The notes under the pieces are model-generated. The model was not told the DNA's origin. It saw only the letters and a list, made by a program, of their open reading frames with translations, and made no database searches. DNA of 64,000 nt from Callorhinchus milii (lineage: Eukaryota): the NCBI RefSeq assembly GCF_018977255.1, contig NW_024704743.1, positions 38,938,001 through 39,002,000 of the forward strand. Direction: 5' to 3'. This document shows positions 24,434 through 37,883 of this stretch, piece after piece (position 1 is the stretch's first letter; the number at the start of each line of letters is the position of its first letter). Made by a program: the position numbers and the translations under genes.

Positions 24434-27400
24434 ATTTTGTGGGCAAAACATTGCAGCCAATTGGACATTGCACTGTCCCACAAACAGTCAGGGATTGAGT
24501 GAACACANTTTTTTTGAAGTGATTATCTCCAGAAAAGTGATCCAACAATTGACTAGCAACCACTTTCCTATTTACTGTTAGGTATACAGAGGTGGGTGGA
24601 GTGAGAATATTTGCTCAACATTTTACCCTGCCTGGAAATCAAACCCAGGTTCTATCTCTTGCGAGGTGAGTGCTCTAACCCCTAAAGCTACAGGACTCCA
24701 CTGTCAGGATGATAACCTGCATTTGTATAGTGACTTTCATTAAAACAAAAGTCTCAAGTTTTAAATGATTAGGAATCAGCAAATGTTATGCATGCAAACA
24801 GAGCAACTGATGTGCCCCAGCAACATCCCATATACAATGAAGACACGAGAGTCAATTCATTTTAATTTGGATTAGGAAGGCAATATGAAATGATTTAACC
24901 AGGGGAAACACTATTTATTTCTTTGAAATAGCAGAAGGTCTTGCCTTTACATCCACTGAATCATAAGGCAATCAGAACAATTAGAACCTAAAATTAAAAC
25001 ATAATCACAAAATAGATCTGGAAATGTATATAAGAACACAAGCCTAAAGTTGACTCACTTTGTGATACGAGGAAATTCTCACCCACTATGCTAATAAGTA
25101 GCACGGGACTGAAGAATCCTGACCTTTGCCACATGAGGGATAGAATGCTGCATGGAGCTAGATGCAAATTGTACAATCTCTAGGCTGCATAATTCAAAAA
25201 GCAGCATAGCAAGAAAAGCAGCATACTGCACAATAGGTGACAACATCAGTTATACAACTGCAGCTGTGGACCCCTCCAATCCTTTAGACAGAAATTCAAG
25301 TCGTCTGTTCAACATCAGTGGGGAATTTCCCGACACGGCTAAGTTGGTCTTAACAGCTTACGCAGTAACTTGCAAATAGAATATCTCAGAGGTCTAAATG
25401 AACATGATAGGGAGGGAGGATTGAGCAGACAGGGAGGATGATATTATCTTCTCAGCAAACAATGGGGAGAACACTCATTTATTTTAGGTTTCCAGTTACA
25501 GAAGCCAAGAGTCACACCCAACACCGTCTACTCAGTTCTCCCTGCTTCCGCTTCCTCCTGATCACCTTCCATTGGTCCTGGTCAATTGGTCCTTATTTAT
25601 TAATTAGTATCCAACAGATGACATTGCACAGTAGGTGAGGGTGAAACATGGGAAGCAGCGAGCAGTGAGGGAGCATCTGAGCCAGATGAGAACAAAATAT
25701 GTTTAGTTTTCTTAGCTGAATGAAGTTAATGCTTAGCCAGGCTCTACCTTACATGAAATATTATTGATAAAATACAGAAAGACAGAGCTGGGTATCATTG
25801 GCAAACAAAGGTAAATCAACTCCCTGTCTATGGATGATAATACCAAGGAAACACATCAATAAAGAATAGAAGATCAAGGATAGATCCAGTGAGCATGTGG
25901 GCACAGGAAAAGAAGCCATTGGAGAATATACATTGGCAATGCAGTTTTGGGACAATGATGTCTTTACTTGTCTATTACTTTAGAGGCAAAAAGCAAGTCA
26001 GCAACAGAATGAGTTTGAGAGCGTGAGACAACAACAAAATTACATTTATAAAGCCCTTTTCACGTCGGGAGGACATCCCAAGACATCTGAAAGACTCGAG
26101 AGTGCATATTTGATATGGATTTTTTTTAGAAAAAGATAATTTTTCACCTCATGATTCTTCCTTCTGACAAACTAATGAAGCAATCCAAGTGTGCAGGCAT
26201 GATCAGAGCTTTACTGAGAGAACTGCCCACAATCTTTTTTTAAGCTTTTCAGCTATCCCCAGGAGACAAATTTCATATGAATTATTCAGTTTACTAATTT
26301 TGTTCATTATGTTAAGATGTGCATCACTTACACATTTCTAGAGCACAGCAATTTGTTTAAATTCCAAAAGGGATATGTTCATGTCAAAAAGGCTTTGAGC
26401 TCTACTCAGGAGATTTTCTTTAATATCCAGCTTGGAGGTTCTTCAGTGATAATAAACATGAGGAACAGTCCCTTCAGATCGTCTTCCATAACTAGCTGGC
26501 AGTTTGCATGACTTTCTAAGATTTATTAACAGAAGGGGGCAGTGTGAGGACGCTTTCTGCAGTCAAACACCAGAGAACTGTTGTGGAACATGCCAACACA
26601 CACAAGCAGGAGACTGATACTGATCTGCCAGGTACTCTCTTGAAGCCCGCTAAACAAACCTGAGCTGAGCAACAGTGGATTTTACAGTAAATCTTACTCT
26701 CTGCCTTTAAGACCTAACAAAAAATGAATTTAGATCAAAAGGGAGGTTTGGATAAAGAAGGTCTTTCAGACCATTTGATTTTATCTTCCCAGAATAATAA
26801 TCCTTTGAGATAACTTCTTAATACCTCAAAGAGTTTCACAGGAATTATTGTAAGTTAGTAATTGTGTACATAGACAAACAGATGTATCTTTGGTTCAATG
26901 TATTGTAATTGAGAAACCTGATGTTCGTGCTGTTACAATTCCTTAATTGTTTTTAAAAATAGACAAAAATAATAAAATGAACAAAAAAATGTGTTCAAAC
27001 AGACAAGGGTACATATACAACCACAACATTACATTTGTATATCCATGTGATTGTGGGGAAAAAATGCATAGAAGACATTCAGGAGGCCACTCCCAAAACA
27101 AATTAGAGAATTTATATTTTTGTGGGTGCAAGGAGCAGACAGGTATGAATATCGCCATTATTCTGTCAGATGACAAAGAGGTGGTTATGAAGAATGGAAT
27201 CATTTGGTAGTATTCCCTGGTGATACTCATTAGAAATAAAGTGTAGTGGAAAATCAATAAAGTCCACTGGACAGATGAACTAATCAGCTCAAGAGATACG
27301 AAAGAACAGGCCAATGGTGCACCTGATAAGGTATTCATAAAAGAGGTGTGAGTTTTAGAAAATCATGATCATGCTTAAGAATATTCATACCTGACGTTAA

Positions 27401-27512
27401 GTACACTTGGAAATTTCCCCATGTCTGGAATGTTCACCGTCTCTGGAGAGACACACCCTGCTTACCTAATACAAGAAGGCATTAGGCACAGGATGGCTAG
27501 ATTAGTGGATTA

Positions 27513-27830
27513 GTAGCTCAATGGTTAGAGCACTCGCCTCGCAAGCGAGAGGACCTGGGTTTGATTCCCGGGCAGGGCAAAATGTTGGGCAAGTTTTCTT
27601 ACTCCACACTCCTCTGTTTACCTAGCAGTAAGTAAGGAACATGGTTGTTAGTTGATTGGCGAATCGCTTTTCTGGGAGTAATATACCCTTCAATCCCCGA
27701 TTGTTGTGGGACACTGCTGCAATTGGCTGCCGTGTTTTGCCCACAAAATATAGTCAATTCACTTTACGGTATATACTGTGAAGCGCTTTGAGACATCTTG
27801 AAGACTTGATAAGGCACTGTATCAAATGCA
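27513..27830 (+). mobile_element. tRNA-derived SINE, long subfamily
   Basis: Head plus ctctgtttacctagcagtaagtaaggaac...gttagttgattggcg block plus shared tail. Confidence 0.85.
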
Positions 27831-27947
27831 ATGATTGGGGTTTTGGTTCAGGATACCACCACAGAGGGCTTAACGGAGATAGGTGGAAAAGAATTGCTGT
27901 CAGATAGCATTTCTTTACAACTCATTTCAGAGAAACAACCACCTTCA

Positions 27948-28670
27948 AATTGCATTCATAGAATGCCGTTAACATTGGGAGGACATCCCAAGCCATTCGA
28001 GAGTCCAGGGTTTGACCCAAGCTGAGGGTTGGGATCGGGAGATGTGAGCAGAAAGAAAAGATGACCAAAGGCAGAGATGAAGAAGGTCTTGAGACAGACC
28101 TTGAAGGAGGCAAGGGAAGAGGCGAAGTAAAGGGTCTCTGGAATAGAGTTCCAGAGAGTGGAGGTAGAAAGACTGAAAGCCTGACTGCTGATAGTCTTGC
28201 CCCCTCCTACCTCTCTGATCTGCTGACTCCCTACAAACCTGCCCGCTCCCTCCGTTCAGTGGGCTCCGGCCTGCTCCATGTCTCCTGCGGAGCATCGGTG
28301 GCCGGGCTTTCAGCTTCTCTGCCCCCACACTCTGGAATTCCATCCCATAGTCCCTTCACCTCCCTTGCCTCCTTCAAGGCCGGTCTCAAGACCCTTCTCT
28401 TCGACCGTGCCTTTGGTCTCCCTCCCACCTCTCTGCCTTCCCTCACCCCTACACCACCCCTTACCACATGCTCGGGCCCCGACACCTGACTGTTCAGCGT
28501 TTTGGGACGTCCTCCCGACTTGAAAGATGCTCTATAAATGTAATTTTGTTGTTGTTGTGATGGTGGGGCAGGATGGGTGTAGATGTAAAGCAGACCAGTG
28601 CCTGATGAACAGAGGGAGTGGGAAGGTTGATAGGGTTTAAGGAAATCACAGAGTTTAAGAAGGTTGCAGA
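27948..28670. mobile_element. Adjacent L2 3' fragments in opposite orientations (- 27948-28185, + 28195-28558, - 28560-28670)
   Basis: LAPSYLSDLLTPYKPARSLRS...FKAGLKTLLFDRAF on plus, with the reverse complement of the same region immediately to the left. Confidence 0.8.
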
Positions 28671-31600
28671 TATACAATAAGACAGCAACCTCATGCACTC
28701 CGTACCTGTGCCACGTGCAACTGATGTTTACCATCACAGTGCAGTTGTAATTATGAATTATATTAGAAATAGTTTTAATAAAGAGTATTTCAGGCTTCAA
28801 AAGAGTCTGCTGAGTGGGAAGCAATCATTCACATCATTTGATTCATTCAAAACATGGCAAAGACTTGTTTGCAGTCCAGCATTAAATTTACAATTTAAAT
28901 GTAAATTTCCAGTTAGTATTCCTTCCAGGATTTAAAAAAATACAACTAAAATGATCTCAGACAGTATAGTATTTAAAAATCAAGATGCACATAGTCAAAG
29001 TGACAAAAGCTCTTACTCAAAAAGAAACAAAAGAAATGTACTGGACCACAAGAGGACTTCCATGGCCATCTGGACGGTCCTTGAAATAGAAGATATATCT
29101 ATTTTTAAAAGAAAATAATCCTACAGCTCTCTCACTATACCTTCAATTGAATGATTTGCCAAAAAGCTATTTAATTGCCTCTTGAATTTGTTGACACATC
29201 TGTCTCTTCTGCATTTCAGTACAGTCTATTATAAAGTAAATAACTAAATTCTGAAGTGTACGGTTTGCATCCCGGGCATCGAGTGTGCTTGTGACAGATA
29301 AGCACATAATATCAGCAGAAGGAAATATGGGAATGACAGCAGTAGTAGTAGGATTCAGAAAGAAAAAGGGCTGGAGATTTTAAATATCCTCATCACATCA
29401 AAAACATCTCACAAGTAATTATGGTCAAACGTATTGATCGTTTTGGAGGGCAAGGTCCCACAAGCAGCCATGAGATGAAAAAACAATTAAATGTGAAAGA
29501 AATGTTGAAAAATTTTACAAATAAAAAAGGTAAAATATGCAATAATGGTAAGAATAAAAATTATAAAAAGAGAAAAGGAAAAACAGATGGGATAAATTGA
29601 TGACAAGTCATGCTCAAATACATAATGTAATATTCTGTTTAATATTTCAACAACAACTTGCACGCAGGATAACATCTCAAAGCTTAAAGTGTCTCAGAGC
29701 ACCTTCATTTCAGTGAATTTAGACTAATATTTGGGGCTAATTACAATAAAAACTTTGGTTCTGAGTACTGAGTGTATCTTTCCAAGCATCAAAGTGAGCA
29801 TGATGCAAGTGTACAAATCCATAAAGAAAAAAGCTTTTGTAAACCTATCAGTACTATAAATAATAAAAGTCCTTGCATTTGTACAAAGTCATTACATTTA
29901 ACAGTAATTACTGCAAAGCTTTAAATGTTTTAACATAAGGCGCTGCATCAAATGGATTGATTATTGTTAATATTATTGCAGCTCAGCAGTGAGTGTTTGT
30001 CTTTCAGCAAGAAAAATGGGTCTGGGTCACACGTCACAACACTGTGTTGTGCCGGTCTATGACCTGTCAGGATCAGGTGCAATCTATCTCAACGCTTTTC
30101 CTCTTTGATTCATTGAAGTGGGTCTCTGCAGCATAGCATTCTACGTAGAAGTGCAGTCAAGAGCTTACAGGACCGGAAGTGCAGGAAAACAAGTTATAGG
30201 AAAACCCAGAGAATTAAATATGCCACCATCTGCCTCTTCCACCAGTACTATTAGGCCACATTAGTTTCCCCTTTTCAAACTAGCGAGACTATGTCTGAAT
30301 GATATGGCAGATGGACCACCATTGATAAATGTATGAAAATAAAACGATTATCTTAATTAATTTGTTATTCACATTGTTGGAACATCTCAAAGTGTTTCAC
30401 AGGATTTCTCTAGTGTAGAAGTGACTGTAATATCTACTCAGTACAGCCAAGAGCTTACAAGACACAAGAGGTAGCAAAAGTCGTTACTTCTCAAAGTAAA
30501 TAATAATCTTTGCATTTGGTTTAGTGGCTTATCACATTGTCGAGATGTCCCAAACACTTCACAGGATTTACTCTAAAGTAGATGGACACTGTATTTTGCA
30601 GACGAAACTCAGTACGTTGTAAAGTGTTAGAACTAGCAGCAAATATGTTTCAATTCAATAAACAAAGCAAAAAAAGCTTCTCAGAAGCAAATTTAGATGG
30701 GCCATTCCAATTTTAACTTCCTTTTCACAGAGAACTTTCATACAAGCGCCTGCTTACTCAACCAATCTGCTTACTGTTGTAGCCATGTTATACTGTCAAC
30801 TATTGAATTTTGAAACAAAACTGCACAACGAATATCCAAAAATACGATTAGCCTTAAAAGACAACACACTTGTATACACTAAAGTGCTTTGAGTGCCAAT
30901 TGGATTAAGCCATGTCAAGCTAGAAAATCAGATAATGGGCATTTTAATCAATCAAATCACACTGATAATTCCACGATAACAAAATTATATGGCCAACTCT
31001 GCCCAAACGTCTAGTATACTTCCACTTGTATAGCAAATTACTCTCCGTGTACCAGAACTATGATAACAAGATTTTTTTCTTCACCAATCTTCTCCTAAAG
31101 GCAATCAACATCTCCCACCCATTGTAATTTCTTTCCAAACAGATAGCTCAGTTTCTACTGATTGTTTGTACTAATATAAGAAAAGTTCTGCAGGTATTTG
31201 ATACTAATGCTAACAATGCTAGGGTATTACACAGGTTTTGTGGGATCCACTGTGGGTCATGTCAATGGAATCAAGCCAGACTTGCCCATTGTACGCACAA
31301 TTGGTAATCAATGTGTGATATTGTAGAAAGAAGAAACTCTTCACAAAGTTCCATGGGATCATTAATACCCACCTGAAAATCAGATGATGGGACTCTGATT
31401 TAACATCTCATCTGAAAGAGTTTCTCAAAAAACATTTGTAGAAATGTGGGCTTATTACACCAACACAATACACCATATAGCTAAGACACGGGCATAGTGA
31501 ATGCTCAACTGCCTTATCTGAACTGATTCTTCATATTCAGCATTTCTGCCTCAGGATGTCCACTTTCTCTTATCAACTGCAGTATATCTGTAATGCAACT

Positions 31601-32706
31601 GTAACAGTTATGCATGTGGCATAATGAGCAGTTTGTGTGTCAAGGACTCTCGTTCACGGAAACTGGAACTTTTTTGTTGATTTAGAATGTTCTGGTCCCC
31701 AATGAAAGAAGATCATCCAGAAAATACTGGAGGTCACCTTTGGTAAAGCTTAGGCCAGATTTATCACGTATAAGTAAGTATTGTGGGCACTGCCCCGTTT
31801 CATTAAAGTTTCTTAAAAAAAATTGTGTTGGCTACACATTTTGATCTTCAGTCTACGTCTTCAAGGTACAATATCCTCGGGGCATCGAGCGGAATTGGCT
31901 GCAGAAGTTGAACAAAGGCTAACTTGTAACCTTATGAATAGTTCTAAATGTAGCAGCAATACAATCATAGAAGTACACCATATCTCCAGGGTTGTTGCCC
32001 TAACCGGCTATCTTTTACAAATACAGTATATGCAAGTTTGCGATACAGAGTTGTAAGGTGGCAGTTTTGAAACACTGAACTCTTCTGAAAAGTTACAGAT
32101 TTGAGACGTGCATTATGCAAGTCTAACGTTCCCTCCCATTCAAAATTCACTATTGATTCTCGTGTGCAATAGTGGTACGTTAGATTTTATAACATCTAGT
32201 CCCACTACACAAGCATTATAATAAAAATGTAATGTACAATAAAACATAACTAAAACTGTGGTACATCCACTTGAAGCGTATGAGCTTGACGTCTAACAGT
32301 TATACCCAGAGTATTCAATAGATCTAAGATTGCCTCAATGACTTTTTAAAATAAATGTTCCCGAGACGTTCACACACTACCAGAGGCTAGGAATGACAAA
32401 CCTTGTGTGCTACGGAAAACGTGCATCACCTGTTATTTTATGTGTGGAAATTTTGTTTTGGAGTGGTGAGTACCTCTCCCCTCTATTTATCCTTCTTACC
32501 ATGTATGAATGATTACATTATACAGTTGACCTGCTCCTGGGTATCTACTACCAAGCCAGATACTAGGAGACTGTAGGAAAACTCAGGATTTGAGTGGAGT
32601 TGAGTGGAGCTGTGGTTTGCTCATGTGTGAGTGCACTTGGCCTCTTTTGAGCACTTTTCTCACAACTCTACCCTGACTAGGAAATCAGTGCCACCGGGAT
32701 GCATTC

Positions 32707-32822
32707 GATTGTTCACCCACTAATAGGGAATATGAACAATATTACATTGTTATGAGGCAGGTTAGTTTTACCTACTGATGATGCACTGTTGCAATAGTAA
32801 TCCTGCAAAGTATAATAGGTAA
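32707..32822 (+). pseudogene. Decayed 28S rRNA 3'-region fragment
   Basis: GATTGTTCACCCACTAATAGGGAA...AGGTTAGTTTTACCTACTGATGATG...GCAATAGTAATCCTGC is collinear with the eukaryotic LSU rRNA up to the sarcin-ricin loop. Confidence 0.88.
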
Positions 32823-33519
32823 TATTTCAGCTATGTATTAATATTACTCAAATTTCAGTTAGTGACTATGCAGATCCAGAATCCTCAATTCAAGTAGAAA
32901 TGATTTGACACATACCTTTCACTAAGGCTTCTGCTCGATTTCCAACCTATTGAAAAGTGACAATATTAGCAAACTTATTTGAAACACAATCATGTGGCTA
33001 CCACTGAACTCATTTTGACTTTAGTGTACACCTTGATGCATAATTACACTATCCAGATCAAAAATGTTTTCTTTGTGACCATAAAAACCCATAAATCTGA
33101 CCAGAAATTCTCTGTGGAACATTATACAGGGTTAACTAGCAATATTTTTATTGCAGACTAAAATTAATATACCGTATCCCAGTTGGCAATGTGATCTTTA
33201 TACCCTGATCACTAACAATAGTAATATTTTTACTGGGAAATACGATTATAAATGTACACCAAACAAAACACATTAAGAGTTGATAAAACAAAACAGATGT
33301 TAGCTTTGCTAATGTTAGTAATTGGCAGAAGATAGACCTGATCAGCACAAGGTTAGCTACAAACTTTTCTGGAATTCTAATTAGCAGAGAAACGCATAAA
33401 CCAAACAGCAGCACGTTCAGCATTTTTCACTTACTTTGCCAAATCCACCCGAGATACCTGTATTTGATGGATTCTTTAGTAGTAAGTTGGACCCAATTTT
33501 TTTTCACTTTTTTTATATA

Positions 33520-34260
33520 TCCACACACACACACAAACAAAACTTCCAACAGGTGACTGGGGGCCCAAACTGGGGAAGAAGCTGAGGAGTGCAGGGACAG
33601 AAGTTGGCTGAAAACAGGGTTGTCTGTGAGCTTCGAAGGGGACAAAGCAGAGGCAATCCAAGATGAAGTTCAGTAGAGATAGGACAGAATGGGCGAAAGC
33701 TCATTCACCAATGGTGGGATAGCAAGACATGAAGCAAGCTGAGTGGTGGGAGCGGCTGGCGCAGACAGGGGAAGGGTTAAGGTAGCATTAGGGCTGCAGA
33801 AGGTCACAATAGTAGGGTGGGCAAAGCCATGAAGATATTTGGAAGTGAGGGCACAAATATTGATATTGATCTGCTGTGGGATAAGGAACAAGCGGAACTG
33901 AGTAATATGGGTGGTAATGAGCTCATAGAAATGGGACATGGCTACAAATGCCCCTTGGCTACAACTTGTGTAGGGAGGAGCTTGGGAGTCCAGCAAGTAA
34001 GCCATTAGAGTATTCAAGCCTAAAGGTAATGAAGGCAATGACTGAGGGTTTAAGCAACCTGTGGAGAGTGTTAATGGTGGAGGTAGGCTGTGTTGCAAAG
34101 GTGAGAAAACGGTTTGAGTGAGAGCCAAGATGTAAAGTTTGAAGGCCAATTGAAGACTGAACAAGACACCAAGGATCTGCACCAACTCCATGAATTGGAG
34201 TGAGCACCATACAGATCAATGCAGTCAGTGCTTGAATCTATGTGGTCAAGTCTGCTACTA
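33520..34260 (-). mobile_element. Old L2 LINE fragment
   Basis: FRLEYSNGLLAGLPSSSLHKL and ILGVLF remnants. Confidence 0.75.
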
Positions 34261-34329
34261 TTGGACTTCACTGGCAGAATTATATTCCTTTGACTATCTG
34301 ATGAGCCAGGTGTTAGCCTGGTTAAGGTC

Positions 34330-34745
34330 TCTTTGTTCGACAGCTGTGGTTTCAAAGCCCCCAAGTCAGGACTTTGAGATCATTACTGAGGCTGACACTC
34401 AACAACAACAACTTGCATTATATGCTGTGCTTCAAGCAGGGTAGAGTCCCAGAGCACTTGAAGGATCCTAAGGGAGTTCTGCACTGTCATAGGTGTGGTC
34501 CTTCAGATGGCATGTTAAATCAATGTCCCAACTACCCGTTTGAGTTGATGTCAAAGATCCCATGGCACTATTCAAAAAGTGAAGGGAATTTGTTCCAAGA
34601 TAAGTCATTCACTTCATAGTTGCTGTCATTCACTTTATCGCTGCCTGGCTCTTGTCACCTACAAATACAGTCACTAACTTTGCAGTATAACCTGTGAAGC
34701 TCTTTGAGGCATTTCAATGAAGTGATAAGGCACTATATCCATCAG
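34330..34745 (+). mobile_element. DeuSINE copy interrupted by a short L2 tail
   Basis: ggctgacactc|(CAA)n L2 tail|...ttcagatggcatgttaaa...aaagatcccatggcactattc. Confidence 0.65.
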
Positions 34746-36812
34746 GGGGATGTTAGCTGATGAGGAAACTGAGGCTTGGGGTGATAGTTATTGGAAAAAC
34801 AGGCTTTCACACATGCAGGGCTTGGAATCCACTTTGATTGGCTTGCAAAACATTAGGCAGCTGCCGCTCAAGCTTCCCACTTCTAACTGTTAGAACCATC
34901 GCTCAATTGAAAGGGATGAGTATCCAAGAAGACGGTAGCAATGTTCTCACACACTTCATGTTGAGCTGTGCTACCCACCAGGAAGCATGCAGGGTGTTCC
35001 TGATACCAGCTATCCACTTCATGAGGGATCAAACCCATGCTTGGCAGATGTCAAATGACCAGCTAGTGACTATCCTCCTTAGGTTAACATAAGTGTGCAC
35101 TCCTTTGAGCTGAACTGGCTCCAAAGTGATATGTTCGGTAAAGAAAGTTAGAACCGGGCCATCCGTCTGTGGCTGCCTCAGTAGTCCAGTTGCTGAGCAA
35201 GGCAGATCCGCAGTATTCTAGGGCATTGCTGATACTATTGGCAGAACTTGGAGGGGCAGACCAATCACTGCGAGCAGGAATTCTTCCCATTCAGCTCCTT
35301 TTAACCCTGTCAGCCAAAGCCCTAATGGGTAGGGTGCTCCAAGCTGGACAAGCAGTGGGAAAGCTTGCCAGACGGTGTTTTCAATGGCAAACTATGCGGT
35401 TTTAGATGGTTAGACTCCAGCAGTACCTGCACTCTGGGGTTCCAAAACCTTGGCTCTTACCAAACTGCACCTAATATTATCTGGAATTAGGTAAGCAGGA
35501 AGCAGGTAGTAGCATTAATTTCCCATCAATGCTACTGCATAAATAATGACTATCTAGACGATGGCAACCAGTGCTATAAACTGCGTTCTTGGATAGAAAA
35601 AAAGGAATCAAAAGCCTTCAAAAACGGGTTAAATACAAAATGGAGGAAAAAATTGACAAGAGGACAAAAATAGTAGTTTGCAGTCCTAAAACTACTGACG
35701 TATCAAAATAGGAAGTGAAGGAGAAGTAGTGGGGAGGGGCAGAGAAGGGAAAGAGATTAGGTTAGACAAACTATTATATTCTAAATAGCAAAAACAGGTT
35801 CATATTTTTCTAACACTTATTATACATGAACTAAGGTGTTTAAAAATCAGAGCAGCAGGTTTATGACTCAGTCCTGCAACCAAAGCAGGAACCAAGAAAA
35901 TAACTGCTGAATCTGCAGAAACTTCAGTTAATGACAACACTTGAGGAAGGTTAAAACATACAAGAAAACATTCAAAAATCTAAAATATGGGAAAATGGGA
36001 TGATTGTGGTGTATTTTTAAAGCATTTATTTAATCTTTTTATGTACCAATTAACATGGACTAATTCTGCTTAGTTTCAACAAGACCAAAAGCATGACACA
36101 CTTTCGGTTTTAACATTTAACACTACTCAAAGAAACCACATCTAAACAAATAAATTGTTGCACAGTTATTATGTCCATTGAATAACACCCTCTATTCAAA
36201 AGCCCTGGTATTGCAACTGGCGACGAACAGGCGTTATTATTATGGCACTTGTCATGCATACAATACAAATACAGTCTTCCTTACCTTTCATTATGAACAA
36301 AGTCAAAAGCTTCACCTTTTCCAAAACGGCCAACAAAAGGAAGCACAAAGCAACAAGGGAATACAACCTCCAAGGTGTTAAAGCTAGAAACCTAAGTCAA
36401 ACACACAATGAGGATAATATTAGCAATTCAGCCACTGCAATTTGAAGCTGAACGTCATGAAAAACGCCCAATAAATACATTTACAATGTCTCATAACTTT
36501 TTTTAAAAAAAATGCATGGTGTGTTGCTCAAATTAAGCTCTCGTTTTGTCAAGGTTGAAAGCATAACACGGGACGTTTGTTTTCGTGCCCCAGTAATGTT
36601 TCCTCGGCAAACACAATAAACCACAACAATTACTGTTGCAGTTTGTTGTGCAAAATTAACCGCATTCATCAGTGGCTCATGAACACGACATAATGGTTCT
36701 CACTAAACCCTTTGAGTGAGGTTTCGTCCGGGAGAGTTTTACTTTTTTTTCCCCCCCCTGTAATGACAGATGTGCAGCTGTGGTGTTTATAAAGACGGTG
36801 GGAGCTCTCAGG

Positions 36813-36813
<1 letters not shown>

Positions 36814-36863
<50 letters not shown>
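36814..36863 (+). repeat. (CT)n(AT)n compound microsatellite
   Basis: Seen directly. Confidence 0.95.
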
Positions 36864-36865
<2 letters not shown>

Positions 36866-36990
36866 CGGCAATGTCACATTGAGAGGGATCACCCGGCCCC
36901 GAGGTTATCTCAAATGTTTAAGGCGTAATCTCCGAGTGGCTTATTTACGGAGGGAAGGTTGGGTGGAGGTTATTTATAACAGTGGATTGC

Positions 36991-37034
36991 TTAATTGATT
37001 GATTAATTGATTGATTAATTGATTGATTAATTGA
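36991..37034 (+). repeat. 12-bp tandem repeat (TTAATTGATTGA), ~3.7 copies
   Basis: Seen directly. Confidence 0.9.
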
Positions 37035-37377
37035 ACAACCTCACTGCGAAATGGAAGCACATCATGACAGCCCGACACCCGCCACCCGCGGGACTCTGGC
37101 CACACGGCGAAGGGGACACGGTCTCTGGTGTTCACTGTTTGGGAATAACAGGCGACACCGACACCGGCACCGCAGCTCCGCTCCCAAACGCCGGTCCTGC
37201 AATGTCACTGAGGATGTGACACTGAAACCAGAGGCACGAAAACAGGCGGCGCCACACACTCAGCCCTCACACACAGCCCCGAGTATCTGTCTGTCTGTCT
37301 GTGTGTGTGTCTGTCTGTGTGGCTCAAAATGGGTAAATGCTGTGGTAGTGAGTGTGAGGCGGGGGCCTCGCCCAGTG

Positions 37378-37874
37378 CACACACACACAGACACACACAC
37401 ACACACACACACTCACAGACAGACACACACACACTCACACACACTCACAGACAGACACAGACACACACTCACAGACAGACAGACACACACTCACAGACAG
37501 ACACACACTCACAGACAGACACACACTCACAGACAGACACAGACACTCACAGACAGACACACACTCACAGACAGACACACACTCACAGACAGACACACAC
37601 TCACAGACAGACACAGACACTCACACACTCACAGACAGACACACACTCACAGACACACACACACTCACAGACAGACACACACTCACAGACACACACACAC
37701 TCACAGACACACACACACACTCACAGACAGACACACACTCACAGACAGACACACACACACTCACAGACAGACACTCACAGACAGACACAGACACTCACAG
37801 ACAGACACACACAGACAGACACACACTCACAGACACACAGACACTCAGACAGACAGACACACACACGCACACAG
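37378..37874 (+). repeat. Complex (CA)n/(CAGA)n/ACTC minisatellite-like tract
   Basis: Seen directly; recurring unit ~CACACTCACAGACAGA. Confidence 0.95.
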
Positions 37875-37883
37875 ACCGCTTAC

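Noticed and set aside
24508..24508. Single N base
   Set aside because: Assembly ambiguity or contig join, not biology
31960..32010. PWR peptide on the minus strand as possible RETREG1 exon 2
   Set aside because: A stop follows within a few codons, there is no further similarity, and no suitable splice sites
35084..35460. GC-richer block with a faint likeness to LF-SINE (gtgggaaagcttgc)
   Set aside because: Similarity limited to a few short words; not supportable by eye
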